Below are positions 18,201 to 25,886 of a DNA stretch of 64,000 bases, piece after piece. Below the pieces are notes generated by a model. The model saw only the letters and a program-made list of their open reading frames with translations. It was not told the origin of the DNA and ran no database searches. How positions within the stretch are numbered: the stretch's first letter is position 1; each line of letters begins with the position of its first letter. This DNA is from an uncultured Bdellovibrionales bacterium (GTDB lineage Bacteria; Patescibacteriota; Minisyncoccia; Moranbacterales; GWC2-37-73), in assembly GCA_964484505.1 (NCBI GenBank), contig CAZAFB010000002.1:9679-73678 (forward strand), written 5' to 3'. The translations under genes were made by a program, and so were the position numbers.

Positions 18201-20540
18201 TGAGATTGTGTCATTGCTTTTTGCCAAGCGATAACCGCCATAGCCCTTTCCGATTATGTGTTCAAAACCTGAAAGGTCATTTGTTTTTATCCACGCGCTC
18301 ATGCTGAAACTGCTGGTATTTATGAACTGATAGTGTGTAGGATTTCCCATGTTGACATAATCATCCGTTCCATCAAAAATTCCGCCATTGCCAAACTTGG
18401 CATAGGCAGTCGTAGCTCCTCCGGAAGAAGTTCCATTATTTCCAACACCGCTTGCATCCTTCACTTCTCCAGTCGTTCCGTTCCAACTTGCCTCATCCAT
18501 CTTCCAATGTCCAACCAGGCCATCATTAAGCCATTTGTCAGATTTGCCGCCAAATGCTTGCGCCGATCCTTCTGCTGCCCCGCTTCCTGCAAGTCCGGAA
18601 TTATAATCCATTTTGATTTGCTCGCCGCTTCGCGCGAATGGATAGACTTTTACCTCATCAATATATCCTTTAAAAGTATATGTGCCTGGCGCCATTCCCA
18701 TTCCTCCAATTGCGCTATTATAACTTGCTGCAGTTCCCACACCCAATGTAGAACTTTGAGAAGCAACTTCCCTTCCGTTAACATAAAGGCGCATCACATC
18801 ACCATCATAAGAAAAGGTTACTTGAGTCCATTGGTTAAAGGGAAAACTATTAGGATCAGTAACCGCTGCCGAGGTGGAATTCCAAATCGTGCCACTTAAT
18901 CTCCCTCCTGCTATGCGTAATTCGATTCCATTATATGCTCCGCAGCAATCTCTTGCATTGCTATATATATACCCATATGAATAGCTGGAATCTCCTTTAT
19001 AGTTAACCCATGCTGAAACGGAGAAATTAGAAGGATTTAATTTTAAAGAGTTTCCCAAATTCACATAATCACCAGAATTTTGTCCATCAAAATAAAGACA
19101 ATTTCCGTTAAGACACTCCGAGCTATTTTTCCATGCAGCGCCAGTTATTGTGCCGTTAAAACCATTGGAAGTAGAGTCATTAGTAGTGGTTCCATTTCCC
19201 TCATCAAATTTCCAATAAGCTACGGGCGCAGGCGCCTGTTCTTCATTTCCCACATTTGATGAATTGGCTCCATATGTGCTTCCCTTGACTTTCATCTCAT
19301 CAATTCCCCCGTTTCCCGCGAACGTCCCATATCTTATTTGTCTGCTGCCTCCTGCTGAAAAAGCTTCGGAAGTTGAGTAGTTTGTTTGAAAATAGGAATT
19401 TTGCGCACTGGTGTAACCATGATGCCAATCGGAATTATTTTTATTAATAATCGTTCCGCCATACCTTCCATCAGCAGTCCATCTTTGTCCAAACCAATTA
19501 TCACCAAGATCAGCTTGATACAAGGTTCCGGAATCCGCAGCTTGATCAACAAGCGTCTCACTACCATTTACCCATACGGAATTGCGGGTAGCGGTGTCGA
19601 AATTTAAGTAATAATAAAGATTTTCAGTTCCCGAAGCATTGTAATTCATATACACCATCTCTTCCACGAATCCGTTACGGAACATTTTAACAATAGTACC
19701 GAAAGAACTATAGCTTCCATAATTTGTATCTTCATATTTAACTTCCACAAACATGGGACCTTGTGAAAGCAGTGTCCTTGAAAATTGCCTGTCATCCCAC
19801 CAATTTCCCGGGTAACTGTCTGTATAACGATACGTTCCATTAACGCCAAGGTTGGTCCCGTCTTTACGCATATCCGAAATCTTACCATAAGAAGCATTGG
19901 TGCTATATCCATAACCATCTTTCATTTCCACGGTTTCGCCATCATTAACAACACTGGAAACATCACTCGCAAAGTTCTGCGCAAGCGCCTGCTGATTGCC
20001 ATAGTAAATGAAATATGCTGCTGAATTTTTTGCATCAACATTGCCTTCTATCCATATGCCCGTAGTTGAAGTGTTCAAAGTGCTTTTCTCCAATTGAAAA
20101 CGAACGCTTTTTCCATTTATATCAACGACCCGCAAATCGCTCCCGTCGCTTTTCATCTTTCCAGCAGAAATTAGAGACTGGGTATCCAAAATCACGCGAT
20201 AAGGAATGTTTGATGCGACATAAGTGCTATTATTGCTGACAGTAATGCTTTTCCGATATGCCCATGAATCATTCCACCAAGCGGCTTGCGACTTTGGTCC
20301 GCGCAAAAAGGCAAACCAAATTGAACCAGAAAGAATGGCGATGATTATGATCAGTGAGGTTGAAGCGGCCCAATATGGGTGTTTGCGATTGAAATCCTTT
20401 TTGACAAAACCCACCGGATTGCGTTTAATCAGAAAACGCAAAAAATCAGCAGCTCTGTCCAACCACCAATCAGAACCAGACATGTTTAAACATGTCTTTT
20501 TAACTTTTCTAAGCAAAGTCTTTGCCATATTATGTGACAA
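15204..20540 (-). CDS. 1778-aa membrane-anchored protein: N-terminal TM, DUF2341-like motif (WWNDSWAYRKSITV), then about 8 tandem LamG / concanavalin-A-like lectin (Laminin_G_3-type) domains
   Basis: Repeated units of the form PxAYWKFDEGSGTTxxD.SGNGxNGT...DYVxV...FTISAWVK...WHHVVGVYDG...KIYIDGxL. N-terminal hydrophobic segment SLIIIIAILSGSIWFAF. Confidence 0.8.
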   Translation of the reverse strand: MSHNMAKTLLRKVKKTCLNMSGSDWWLDRAADFLRFLIKRNPVGFVKKDFNRKHPYWAASTSLIIIIAILSGSIWFAFLRGPKSQAAWWNDSWAYRKSITVSNNSTYVASNIPYRVILDTQSLISAGKMKSDGSDLRVVDINGKSVRFQLEKSTLNTSTTGIWIEGNVDAKNSAAYFIYYGNQQALAQNFASDVSSVVNDGETVEMKDGYGYSTNASYGKISDMRKDGTNLGVNGTYRYTDSYPGNWWDDRQFSRTLLSQGPMFVEVKYEDTNYGSYSSFGTIVKMFRNGFVEEMVYMNYNASGTENLYYYLNFDTATRNSVWVNGSETLVDQAADSGTLYQADLGDNWFGQRWTADGRYGGTIINKNNSDWHHGYTSAQNSYFQTNYSTSEAFSAGGSRQIRYGTFAGNGGIDEMKVKGSTYGANSSNVGNEEQAPAPVAYWKFDEGNGTTTNDSTSNGFNGTITGAAWKNSSECLNGNCLYFDGQNSGDYVNLGNSLKLNPSNFSVSAWVNYKGDSSYSYGYIYSNARDCCGAYNGIELRIAGGRLSGTIWNSTSAAVTDPNSFPFNQWTQVTFSYDGDVMRLYVNGREVASQSSTLGVGTAASYNSAIGGMGMAPGTYTFKGYIDEVKVYPFARSGEQIKMDYNSGLAGSGAAEGSAQAFGGKSDKWLNDGLVGHWKMDEASWNGTTGEVKDASGVGNNGTSSGGATTAYAKFGNGGIFDGTDDYVNMGNPTHYQFINTSSFSMSAWIKTNDLSGFEHIIGKGYGGYRLAKSNDTISFRLNSNQLTAATPSLLNTSDWFHVVAVYDGITKNAKIYVNGQQQANSTNTSVNWTSTSDNFQIGNSPNESYYFNGKIDEARTYNRALSPEEVRKLYDWAPGPVLHYKLDENAGTSASDFSGNGINGNMVNSPTWTQGKYGSAVKFAGTSDYVNVNNTAMLNPAYVTVEAWAKFDSLSDRPHIVGKGDGSSGAYWIVVEANGLPRFYYSKSGGAWANAGGTAGDIVAGDWYHFAGVYDGTKAYIYVNGVLKGSASDVGVLKTDDVNPLRLGRNSGDLDTYAGMIDDVKIYNYARTTDQIVEDMSGGGSDADSGGGTVEPLAYWKFDEGSGTTANNVGFKGSSMNLSLATSTATPQWENSGKFNKAVHFDGSDDYVYNSSDNAILKNGSESGRFTISAWVKPDGVQAGGERVILGRSGCHSGLVANSNNSFSFNIAATDCWTSGKILNGGAISNWTDWHHVVGVYDNRLMKIYIDGVLKNATTFTASIYSHDNNLYSGSIGTYAFDGIIDELKIYNAALSEEEVEADYNQGKSAVMSFAGMSAGGVGDGSANAEYCVPGDSTSCSAPVGEWKFDEKNGTTVSDTGSGGRNATLTNGPTWVVGKKGSAANFDGTDDYASISRFDLGSSGITLEAWVKSTSSDSTKTYTGNAAQNVIGDNTNGVGLGFGLTGGKIQYMHYNSAWASVNGTANVNDGNWHHIVATHNTSGAVALYLDGKLDNSGTVTFSSNRGINRIGGGYESYVTDATGDEFNGSIDHVMVYNYGRTPAQVAYDYNRGAPVGWWKFDECQGGTAYDSSGNGNNGTINIGSGGTQTSAGTCTNSGTAWGNGTSGKFNSSLNFDGTDDYATRNMTVSPLNGTVALWVKNPAAGVGNYIFRADANFRTYISIAGSTIGFVKGNPAVFPTSTSAPSANIWKHVALKWWTSGGTSYCQAYADGIPTGSPLTFTDSTAGTFITVAGYTQSGTQNASGQFDDVRVYNYALTDQQIKNVMNEGSALRFGN

Positions 20541-20680
20541 TTATAGCATAATGAGCTAAGCTAACCTAGTTTAGGAAATTTAGAGCCACAGCAATTCAAA
20601 GACCCACCCCTCTAGCGAGGACTGGGTCTCTTTTTATATTCGCCCTATTCGTGCATTTTTTATTCGTATAATTCGTGTAT

Positions 20681-21379
20681 TTACAGTTTCGCTGTTGCCG
20701 TATAGGTTATAATGTTGGAATAAGGTCCGGATTTCTGAGTTGGCGGAGCATCAACTTTGTATTCAATAGTCGTGTTATCACCACCACTGGAATATCCTGT
20801 TTTGGTATGAATAATCGCAGGCGTTAGAGGGAATGACGCATACTTATAATTTGGATTGCTGCCCCATTTCGAATCAACACCTGTTCCCGAAGCAATCGTG
20901 AAGCCAAGCCCCACACCAGACCACACACACGGCGCAATAATAAAACAAGAATAATCCGGGAGAGTAGTGACAGAATCAGAATGCAGCATTGAATGGTTTT
21001 CACTTGCATAAATATCATAACCACCCCAAGAATCAGTGGTGACTGTTATTATGGACTGACCAGTCCTTGCGATTCCAGGAGTAAGCGAACCCAGATTCAC
21101 CGTATTTGAATTAATCGACATGGAAAGTGAATAATTTATCATATACCAAAAACCCTGCTGAGCTGAAAAAGTTTCACTCTGCCCAATGCCAATAACCGGT
21201 TCGCCCAGAGTATCTGTCAACCTGAAAGATTCTGAGGTACCCAAATCACCCGCACTTCCAATAACATCGGAATTGATGCTATATGTCTCGCTGGACATGG
21301 CGGCATAACAATGGCTACTGATTAACAGCCCTGCCATCAGAAAGCCCGCGTATATTAATTTGTTTACTTTGTTTTTCAT
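20681..21379 (-). CDS. Small secreted beta-rich protein, paralog 3 of a three-member family (WxL-like surface protein candidate)
   Basis: Signal peptide (MKNKVNKLIYAGFLMAGLLISSHCYAA). Shares NLGSLTPG, GLGF(T/R)(I/V) and a C-terminal Y.VD.PPTQKSG.Y...ITY.ATAK motif with 24032..24715 and 24799..25449. Confidence 0.6.
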   Translation of the reverse strand: MKNKVNKLIYAGFLMAGLLISSHCYAAMSSETYSINSDVIGSAGDLGTSESFRLTDTLGEPVIGIGQSETFSAQQGFWYMINYSLSMSINSNTVNLGSLTPGIARTGQSIITVTTDSWGGYDIYASENHSMLHSDSVTTLPDYSCFIIAPCVWSGVGLGFTIASGTGVDSKWGSNPNYKYASFPLTPAIIHTKTGYSSGGDNTTIEYKVDAPPTQKSGPYSNIITYTATAKL

Positions 21380-21450
21380 CGAGGTCTAAAAAGAAATATG
21401 TTTCATGGAAAAAAGAAATTTGTTCAGGAAAGGTGAGGGTAACGTCAGAA

Positions 21451-22065
21451 TCACAACACTACCATTCTCTTCTTACGACGATTTAGATCATACACCGTCT
21501 TTTTATGCATCCATGCCAGAATAATTACTATTATTACTCCAGCTGCTATTGTTTTATTACCATCAATCCGAGAAAAGAAATGTGTCACGGCCCCGTCTTT
21601 CTCAATCAAATCAGAAACCACCATGCGCGAATACCTTCCAGAGGAGTCTGTCACAAATAAGCCATAACAATATTTCATTCCCGCAAGCGTAGTTTCATCC
21701 TGATATGAATCTCCGTTTCCGCGATATAATTCCGCGCCATCTCTGGGAAGCAAGGGACATCTATTTTCACTGCGCACAAGCACGACAGCTTCCGTTTCCT
21801 GCAAAGAAATCTTTTTCCAACTTATATACACCCCCCTAAGCAGCTGCTTCACTTGCAAATCTTCAACCCGTGAGGCTTCGTCAGCAGCAGCTTTTCCTGG
21901 AACTGTCGGAAGATCCTCCAAATTTATGGTTTGTGCCGAAACAGGAACAGTAATGGATACGATAATGAAAAAAAGTATGCCCGAAAAAACCGAAGCTGAA
22001 TCGGTAATTACTTTTTTTCCATAGGCATATTTTTCAGGACTGTTTTTTTCTGAAACACAATCCAT
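21451..22065 (-). CDS. Hypothetical membrane protein (N-terminal signal/TM, C-terminal TM)
   Basis: ORF with a hydrophobic N-terminus (SVFSGILFFIIVSITVPVSAQ) and a C-terminal TM (IAAGVIIVIILAWM). Its start overlaps the upstream gene by 32 nt. Confidence 0.45.
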   Translation of the reverse strand: MDCVSEKNSPEKYAYGKKVITDSASVFSGILFFIIVSITVPVSAQTINLEDLPTVPGKAAADEASRVEDLQVKQLLRGVYISWKKISLQETEAVVLVRSENRCPLLPRDGAELYRGNGDSYQDETTLAGMKYCYGLFVTDSSGRYSRMVVSDLIEKDGAVTHFFSRIDGNKTIAAGVIIVIILAWMHKKTVYDLNRRKKRMVVL

Positions 22066-23029
22066 ATCCTGTTTTTGTTATAACAATTAATACCGCAATA
22101 AAACCTAAAATGGTTACGAATGAATATTTTCCGAAAAGCATTTTTTTTGTTTGGTGAGCTCTGCCATCTCCGTCAGTGAAAGAAGCTTGAGCAACATACA
22201 CGCCAAAAAGTGATTTCACATTCCACTTAGCGGCGAAAGAATATTTTTTTCCAGGAAAAACAAAATGTTTTTCCAATTCAACCGTTTCAGTCTTTCTGGT
22301 GAAAAAATTGCGAACACTTATCTCTCCGTGCGGTATATAGTGAATCGTACCATTATTGGCAAATTCAGTATTGAAAACAACATCTTTATCCGCAACCAGT
22401 GGGGCATCAAATTTTGTAATCTTGCCGGCACCGGACTTCTCCCCAAGCACATTTATCAAAACATAAATTCCTACGCGCCCGCTAACTATCGTGGTTTGGA
22501 AATTGTCCACATTTATTTCCGGAAAAGCGCGCAACATTACTGCACCATAATGACTGCCCACAACGGCATCTTTGGGAACAACTATTGAAAATTCAATTTC
22601 TCTCGTTTCATTGGGGGAAAGCAACCAAGGATCAACCGGAATTTCCAGCCAGGATCGCATCCCATATGCTTCATTATCTCCATCGATAAAAGTTATCTCA
22701 TTATTGTCCGCGACCGAAAAATCTTGTTTTTCAGCTGACATTCTTTGTTCATTGGCGGAAATATTAACCACATTTACTTTGAATTTTTTTTCCTCTCCCT
22801 GAGCCAGATCGAAAGCGAAAGCGGATTGATCAATTGATATACCAACAATTTCGTCAGCAGAAGTCTCTTGAGCAAGGGCTTTTTTTGCTACGCAAAGCGC
22901 GCTGCATGTCATGATGACAAGAAGCGCGCAGAAAGGCACTAACCCTTTTTTCCCGAAAAAAATCATAGGCTTGAATTTCAATGACAGCAAAGCAGAAAAT
23001 ACAATTTCATCATACCACATTCCAGACAC
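22034..23029 (-). CDS. Cell-surface protein with signal peptide and C-terminal TM anchor (DUF916/DUF3324-like topology), paralog A
   Basis: N-terminal signal sequence (probable start at internal MIFFGKKGLVPFCALLVIMTCSALCVAKKALAQE), beta-rich body and C-terminal TM (FVTILGFIAVLIVITKTGYGLCF) followed by a basic tail. Topology is shared with 23039..23998. Confidence 0.5.
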   Translation of the reverse strand: MSGMWYDEIVFSALLSLKFKPMIFFGKKGLVPFCALLVIMTCSALCVAKKALAQETSADEIVGISIDQSAFAFDLAQGEEKKFKVNVVNISANEQRMSAEKQDFSVADNNEITFIDGDNEAYGMRSWLEIPVDPWLLSPNETREIEFSIVVPKDAVVGSHYGAVMLRAFPEINVDNFQTTIVSGRVGIYVLINVLGEKSGAGKITKFDAPLVADKDVVFNTEFANNGTIHYIPHGEISVRNFFTRKTETVELEKHFVFPGKKYSFAAKWNVKSLFGVYVAQASFTDGDGRAHQTKKMLFGKYSFVTILGFIAVLIVITKTGYGLCFRKKQS

Positions 23030-23038
23030 TCATGGTTT

Positions 23039-23998
23039 CTATTCATTCTCCTTTCTCTTGATTTCAAATTTGGTCGTGAATATCTTCCATCCAAGCCATA
23101 GGATTACGATAGCCAAAATGATAAGTACGGTTGTTTTCCAAGGAATAACCCAGAAAGTGGCTATTTTTTCCATCCTGATTTCTTGATCATCAGAAGCTAA
23201 TTGCATCTTCGCTTTATAATAACCGTAAGACCAGGGTGAAAAATTCCAAGAATTTTCATAATTACGATATCTTTCCGGATAAAGTATTCTTTCCGGGATC
23301 TCTTCTTCATTAACCTTCCTACCAAAAAGATTGGTTATTTCCAGTTTTCCGGTTGCCTTATAGTGAAGATTTCCACTATTATAAACTTCCGCTAACAACT
23401 CTGCCGGTTTATCCCAAAATATTTTCTTTTTTGCCTCAAACTTCCTGATTTCACCTGAGCGGCGAATTGGCTCATCACCCTTAACCGCCATTACCAACAA
23501 AACGCCCACGCGCTGATGGATGATAACTTTCGAAGTACGTCCGTCATCTTGCTCACCGGTGTTATTGGTCGTCTTGAAAAATATCGCTCCGTAATATCCA
23601 CCTGTAGGCATTTTTTCCGGCACATTCACTTTGAAAGAAATGTCTTTCCCTTCTCCGGGAGCAAGAGTTAGTTTTCGCGGTACATCAATCCAATTTATTA
23701 CATCCCAGGCTTTAAGTGGATGACTGTCCGTAGGCACGAAAAATCGAGCTTCAAAAGAATCATCAGAAACATAGAAGTCCTCTATCTCTACATCGACATC
23801 ATAGGGAATATCGGAATAATTTTTCAAGTTTATAACACCCGTCCTTCCCTCTCCATCATTAAAATCCCAGGCGAAACGAACCGGCGAAACCTGCACGCCA
23901 GATCCTATTCCATCATCCTGAGCCAAAACCGTGCTTGCATAAACCGATCCCAAAAAAATCAAGCCGGCCAAAACGGTAACTGAAATACTCTTTTTCAT
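23039..23998 (-). CDS. Cell-surface protein with signal peptide and C-terminal TM anchor (DUF916/DUF3324-like topology), paralog B
   Basis: MKKSISVTVLAGLIFLGSVYASTVLAQ signal peptide. C-terminal TM TTVLIILAIVILWLGWKIF followed by a KRKENE tail. Length (319 aa) and architecture match the adjacent 331-aa protein. Confidence 0.5.
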   Translation of the reverse strand: MKKSISVTVLAGLIFLGSVYASTVLAQDDGIGSGVQVSPVRFAWDFNDGEGRTGVINLKNYSDIPYDVDVEIEDFYVSDDSFEARFFVPTDSHPLKAWDVINWIDVPRKLTLAPGEGKDISFKVNVPEKMPTGGYYGAIFFKTTNNTGEQDDGRTSKVIIHQRVGVLLVMAVKGDEPIRRSGEIRKFEAKKKIFWDKPAELLAEVYNSGNLHYKATGKLEITNLFGRKVNEEEIPERILYPERYRNYENSWNFSPWSYGYYKAKMQLASDDQEIRMEKIATFWVIPWKTTVLIILAIVILWLGWKIFTTKFEIKRKENE

Positions 23999-24031
23999 AA
24001 TAGCTGTAAATATAATCTTAGGACTGTCTTT

Positions 24032-24715
24032 TTATGGTTTCGTCGTAGCCTGATAAGTTATTGTACCGTTATATGAACCGGATCTTTGCGTTCCGGGAAC
24101 ATCCACTCTGTATGCAACAACAACTGCAGTTGAGGTTGCACTATATGAGTCATGATCCATTATTGTGGCATATGTGCTAGGAAAACCCGCAAAAAGAGGA
24201 GAAGCATCTGTTCCCCACCAAGTTTGATTATGAGTAGCCGTTGTTCCTGAAACGGCAACACGAAATCCCAAACCTGTACCAGTCCAGGCAGCAGCATTTG
24301 GCGTGCCAGGTGTCCAAGCTGTTTTATCTGTTATGTTTGTAGCAGCATCAGTAGTGTGATCCATTGTCGTATCCCCATCGTCACGCCTTACCGCGAGATC
24401 ATATCCGCTTTCCGCATTGGTTGTTGTAGTGCAAGTGGAAGTGCCGTTTACGGGTGTTCCCGGAGTGAGTGTTCCCAAATTGACATCGGCGCCGCAATTT
24501 AATGATATGTTTTGGGCAACCGTAAGCGAAAGCGTAACTTGATCAGTTGTCGTTATGGCCCCGTTAATACAATTTAAGGGAAAAAGAATTGCAGCAGAAA
24601 AAATAACCAGGCCATATAACGCCACGAGAAGCTTAAATGTTTTATTTTTAATTTTTCTGTTTTTTTTCTCGAAAATAAACATGTTTATACAACGCATATG
24701 ATCAATCAGCGCCAA
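24032..24715 (-). CDS. Small secreted beta-rich protein, paralog 1 (WxL-like surface protein candidate); true start probably internal (MFIFEKK... or later)
   Basis: Near-identical N-terminal mature region to 24799..25449 (AITTTDQVTLSLTVAQNI(S/T)LNCGADVNLGTLTPGTPV). C-terminus is VDVPGTQRSGSYNGTITYQATTKP. Confidence 0.6.
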   Translation of the reverse strand: MALIDHMRCINMFIFEKKNRKIKNKTFKLLVALYGLVIFSAAILFPLNCINGAITTTDQVTLSLTVAQNISLNCGADVNLGTLTPGTPVNGTSTCTTTTNAESGYDLAVRRDDGDTTMDHTTDAATNITDKTAWTPGTPNAAAWTGTGLGFRVAVSGTTATHNQTWWGTDASPLFAGFPSTYATIMDHDSYSATSTAVVVAYRVDVPGTQRSGSYNGTITYQATTKP

Positions 24716-24798
24716 ATAGAAATATCCACGTTTATATCTAAAAGGAGGCAGGGTTTAAATTAATCCAGCGTATTTTAAAAATAATTATTTATCGCATA

Positions 24799-25449
24799 TT
24801 AAGGCTTTGTCGTAGCTTGATAAGTAATGGTACCATCATAAGCTCCCGATCTTTGAGTTCCTGGAACATCTACTTCATAGCAAACAACCGTGTTTGTCGA
24901 TGAAGAATTGTAACTGTCATAATCCATAATCAAAGTATAAGCAGTGGGAAAACCTGCATACTTTTGAGCTGCCTCAGTACATGCAGCACCAGTTCCCCAC
25001 CAAGTTGTATTTTTTGAACCTGTGGAGCTTAGCACTCCGAATCCAAGTCCTGTACCGGAATATGCCGCAGCGTTACCAGCGCCAGCGCTTGCTGTCGGAT
25101 CCCAAACAGTCTTGTCGGTAATATTATCGGAAGCACTTGTGGTTTTATCCATCGTTGTGTCGGCATCATCACGTCTTACCGCAAGATCATATCCAGCTTC
25201 CGAATTAGTTGTAACAGTACATGTTGAGCTTCCCGTAACTGGCGTACCAGGGGTAAGAGTTCCCAAGTTTACGTCAGCTCCGCAATTCAATGTAATGTTC
25301 TGAGCTACCGTTAATGATAACGTTACCTGATCGGTTGTAGTAATCGCCCCCTTGCTGCCTCGATCAAAAATCAATATATCCGCAGCAAAAATGATGGTGA
25401 TAACAGCCACGACAGCTATCAATCTCAACTGTTTCTTTCTGTTTTTCAT
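24799..25449 (-). CDS. Small secreted beta-rich protein, paralog 2 (tandem duplicate of 24032..24715)
   Basis: Signal/TM (LRLIAVVAVITIIFAADILIF). Body is largely identical to the neighbouring paralog. C-terminus is VDVPGTQRSGAYDGTITYQATTKP. Confidence 0.6.
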   Translation of the reverse strand: MKNRKKQLRLIAVVAVITIIFAADILIFDRGSKGAITTTDQVTLSLTVAQNITLNCGADVNLGTLTPGTPVTGSSTCTVTTNSEAGYDLAVRRDDADTTMDKTTSASDNITDKTVWDPTASAGAGNAAAYSGTGLGFGVLSSTGSKNTTWWGTGAACTEAAQKYAGFPTAYTLIMDYDSYNSSSTNTVVCYEVDVPGTQRSGAYDGTITYQATTKP

Positions 25450-25574
25450 CTTGTTATGTTTATTTTTATCTTAAAATGATGGCAATTATCTTGAATTTAA
25501 TCACTAACAATTTTCCCTATCTTTATTATAAAACATACTTATCAGAAATAAAAGTAACATGACTTATCCACAGG

Positions 25575-25886
25575 TTACTTTTTCTTTTTTTCGCCATCTA
25601 TCTTTCTCACTAAATCACGCATAGTATACATTCCAGCAAGAAAAACTACGCTAAAAATAACTTTTGATCCGGTGAAATATAAGGCAAATCTGCCTTCCGG
25701 CAAACCACCAAATATAAAGATGGCTTCGGCAATTGCGAGAAAAACTATAGCCATCAAAAACAACTTATAGGAAATATCCAATTCCTGTTCCACTCGCCAA
25801 ATCACCCCGATTGCATAAATAATCGAAAGAAGCAGGCAAGCGAAGATAACTGATTCCATTATTATTAATATTTGTTCTGTGCTCAT
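25575..25886 (-). CDS. Small 3-TM membrane protein
   Basis: 103-aa ORF with three hydrophobic helices. Its ATG overlaps the stop of the upstream gene (atga at 25883-25886), suggesting translational coupling. Confidence 0.45.
   Translation of the reverse strand: MSTEQILIIMESVIFACLLLSIIYAIGVIWRVEQELDISYKLFLMAIVFLAIAEAIFIFGGLPEGRFALYFTGSKVIFSVVFLAGMYTMRDLVRKIDGEKKKK

Noticed and set aside
20590-20640. Hairpin agaccca...tgggtct followed by ctttttat as a plus-strand terminator between the LamG gene and the secreted paralog
   Set aside because: All surrounding genes are on the minus strand and the minus-strand orientation lacks a U-tract. It may be a regulatory hairpin, but the support is too weak to call.
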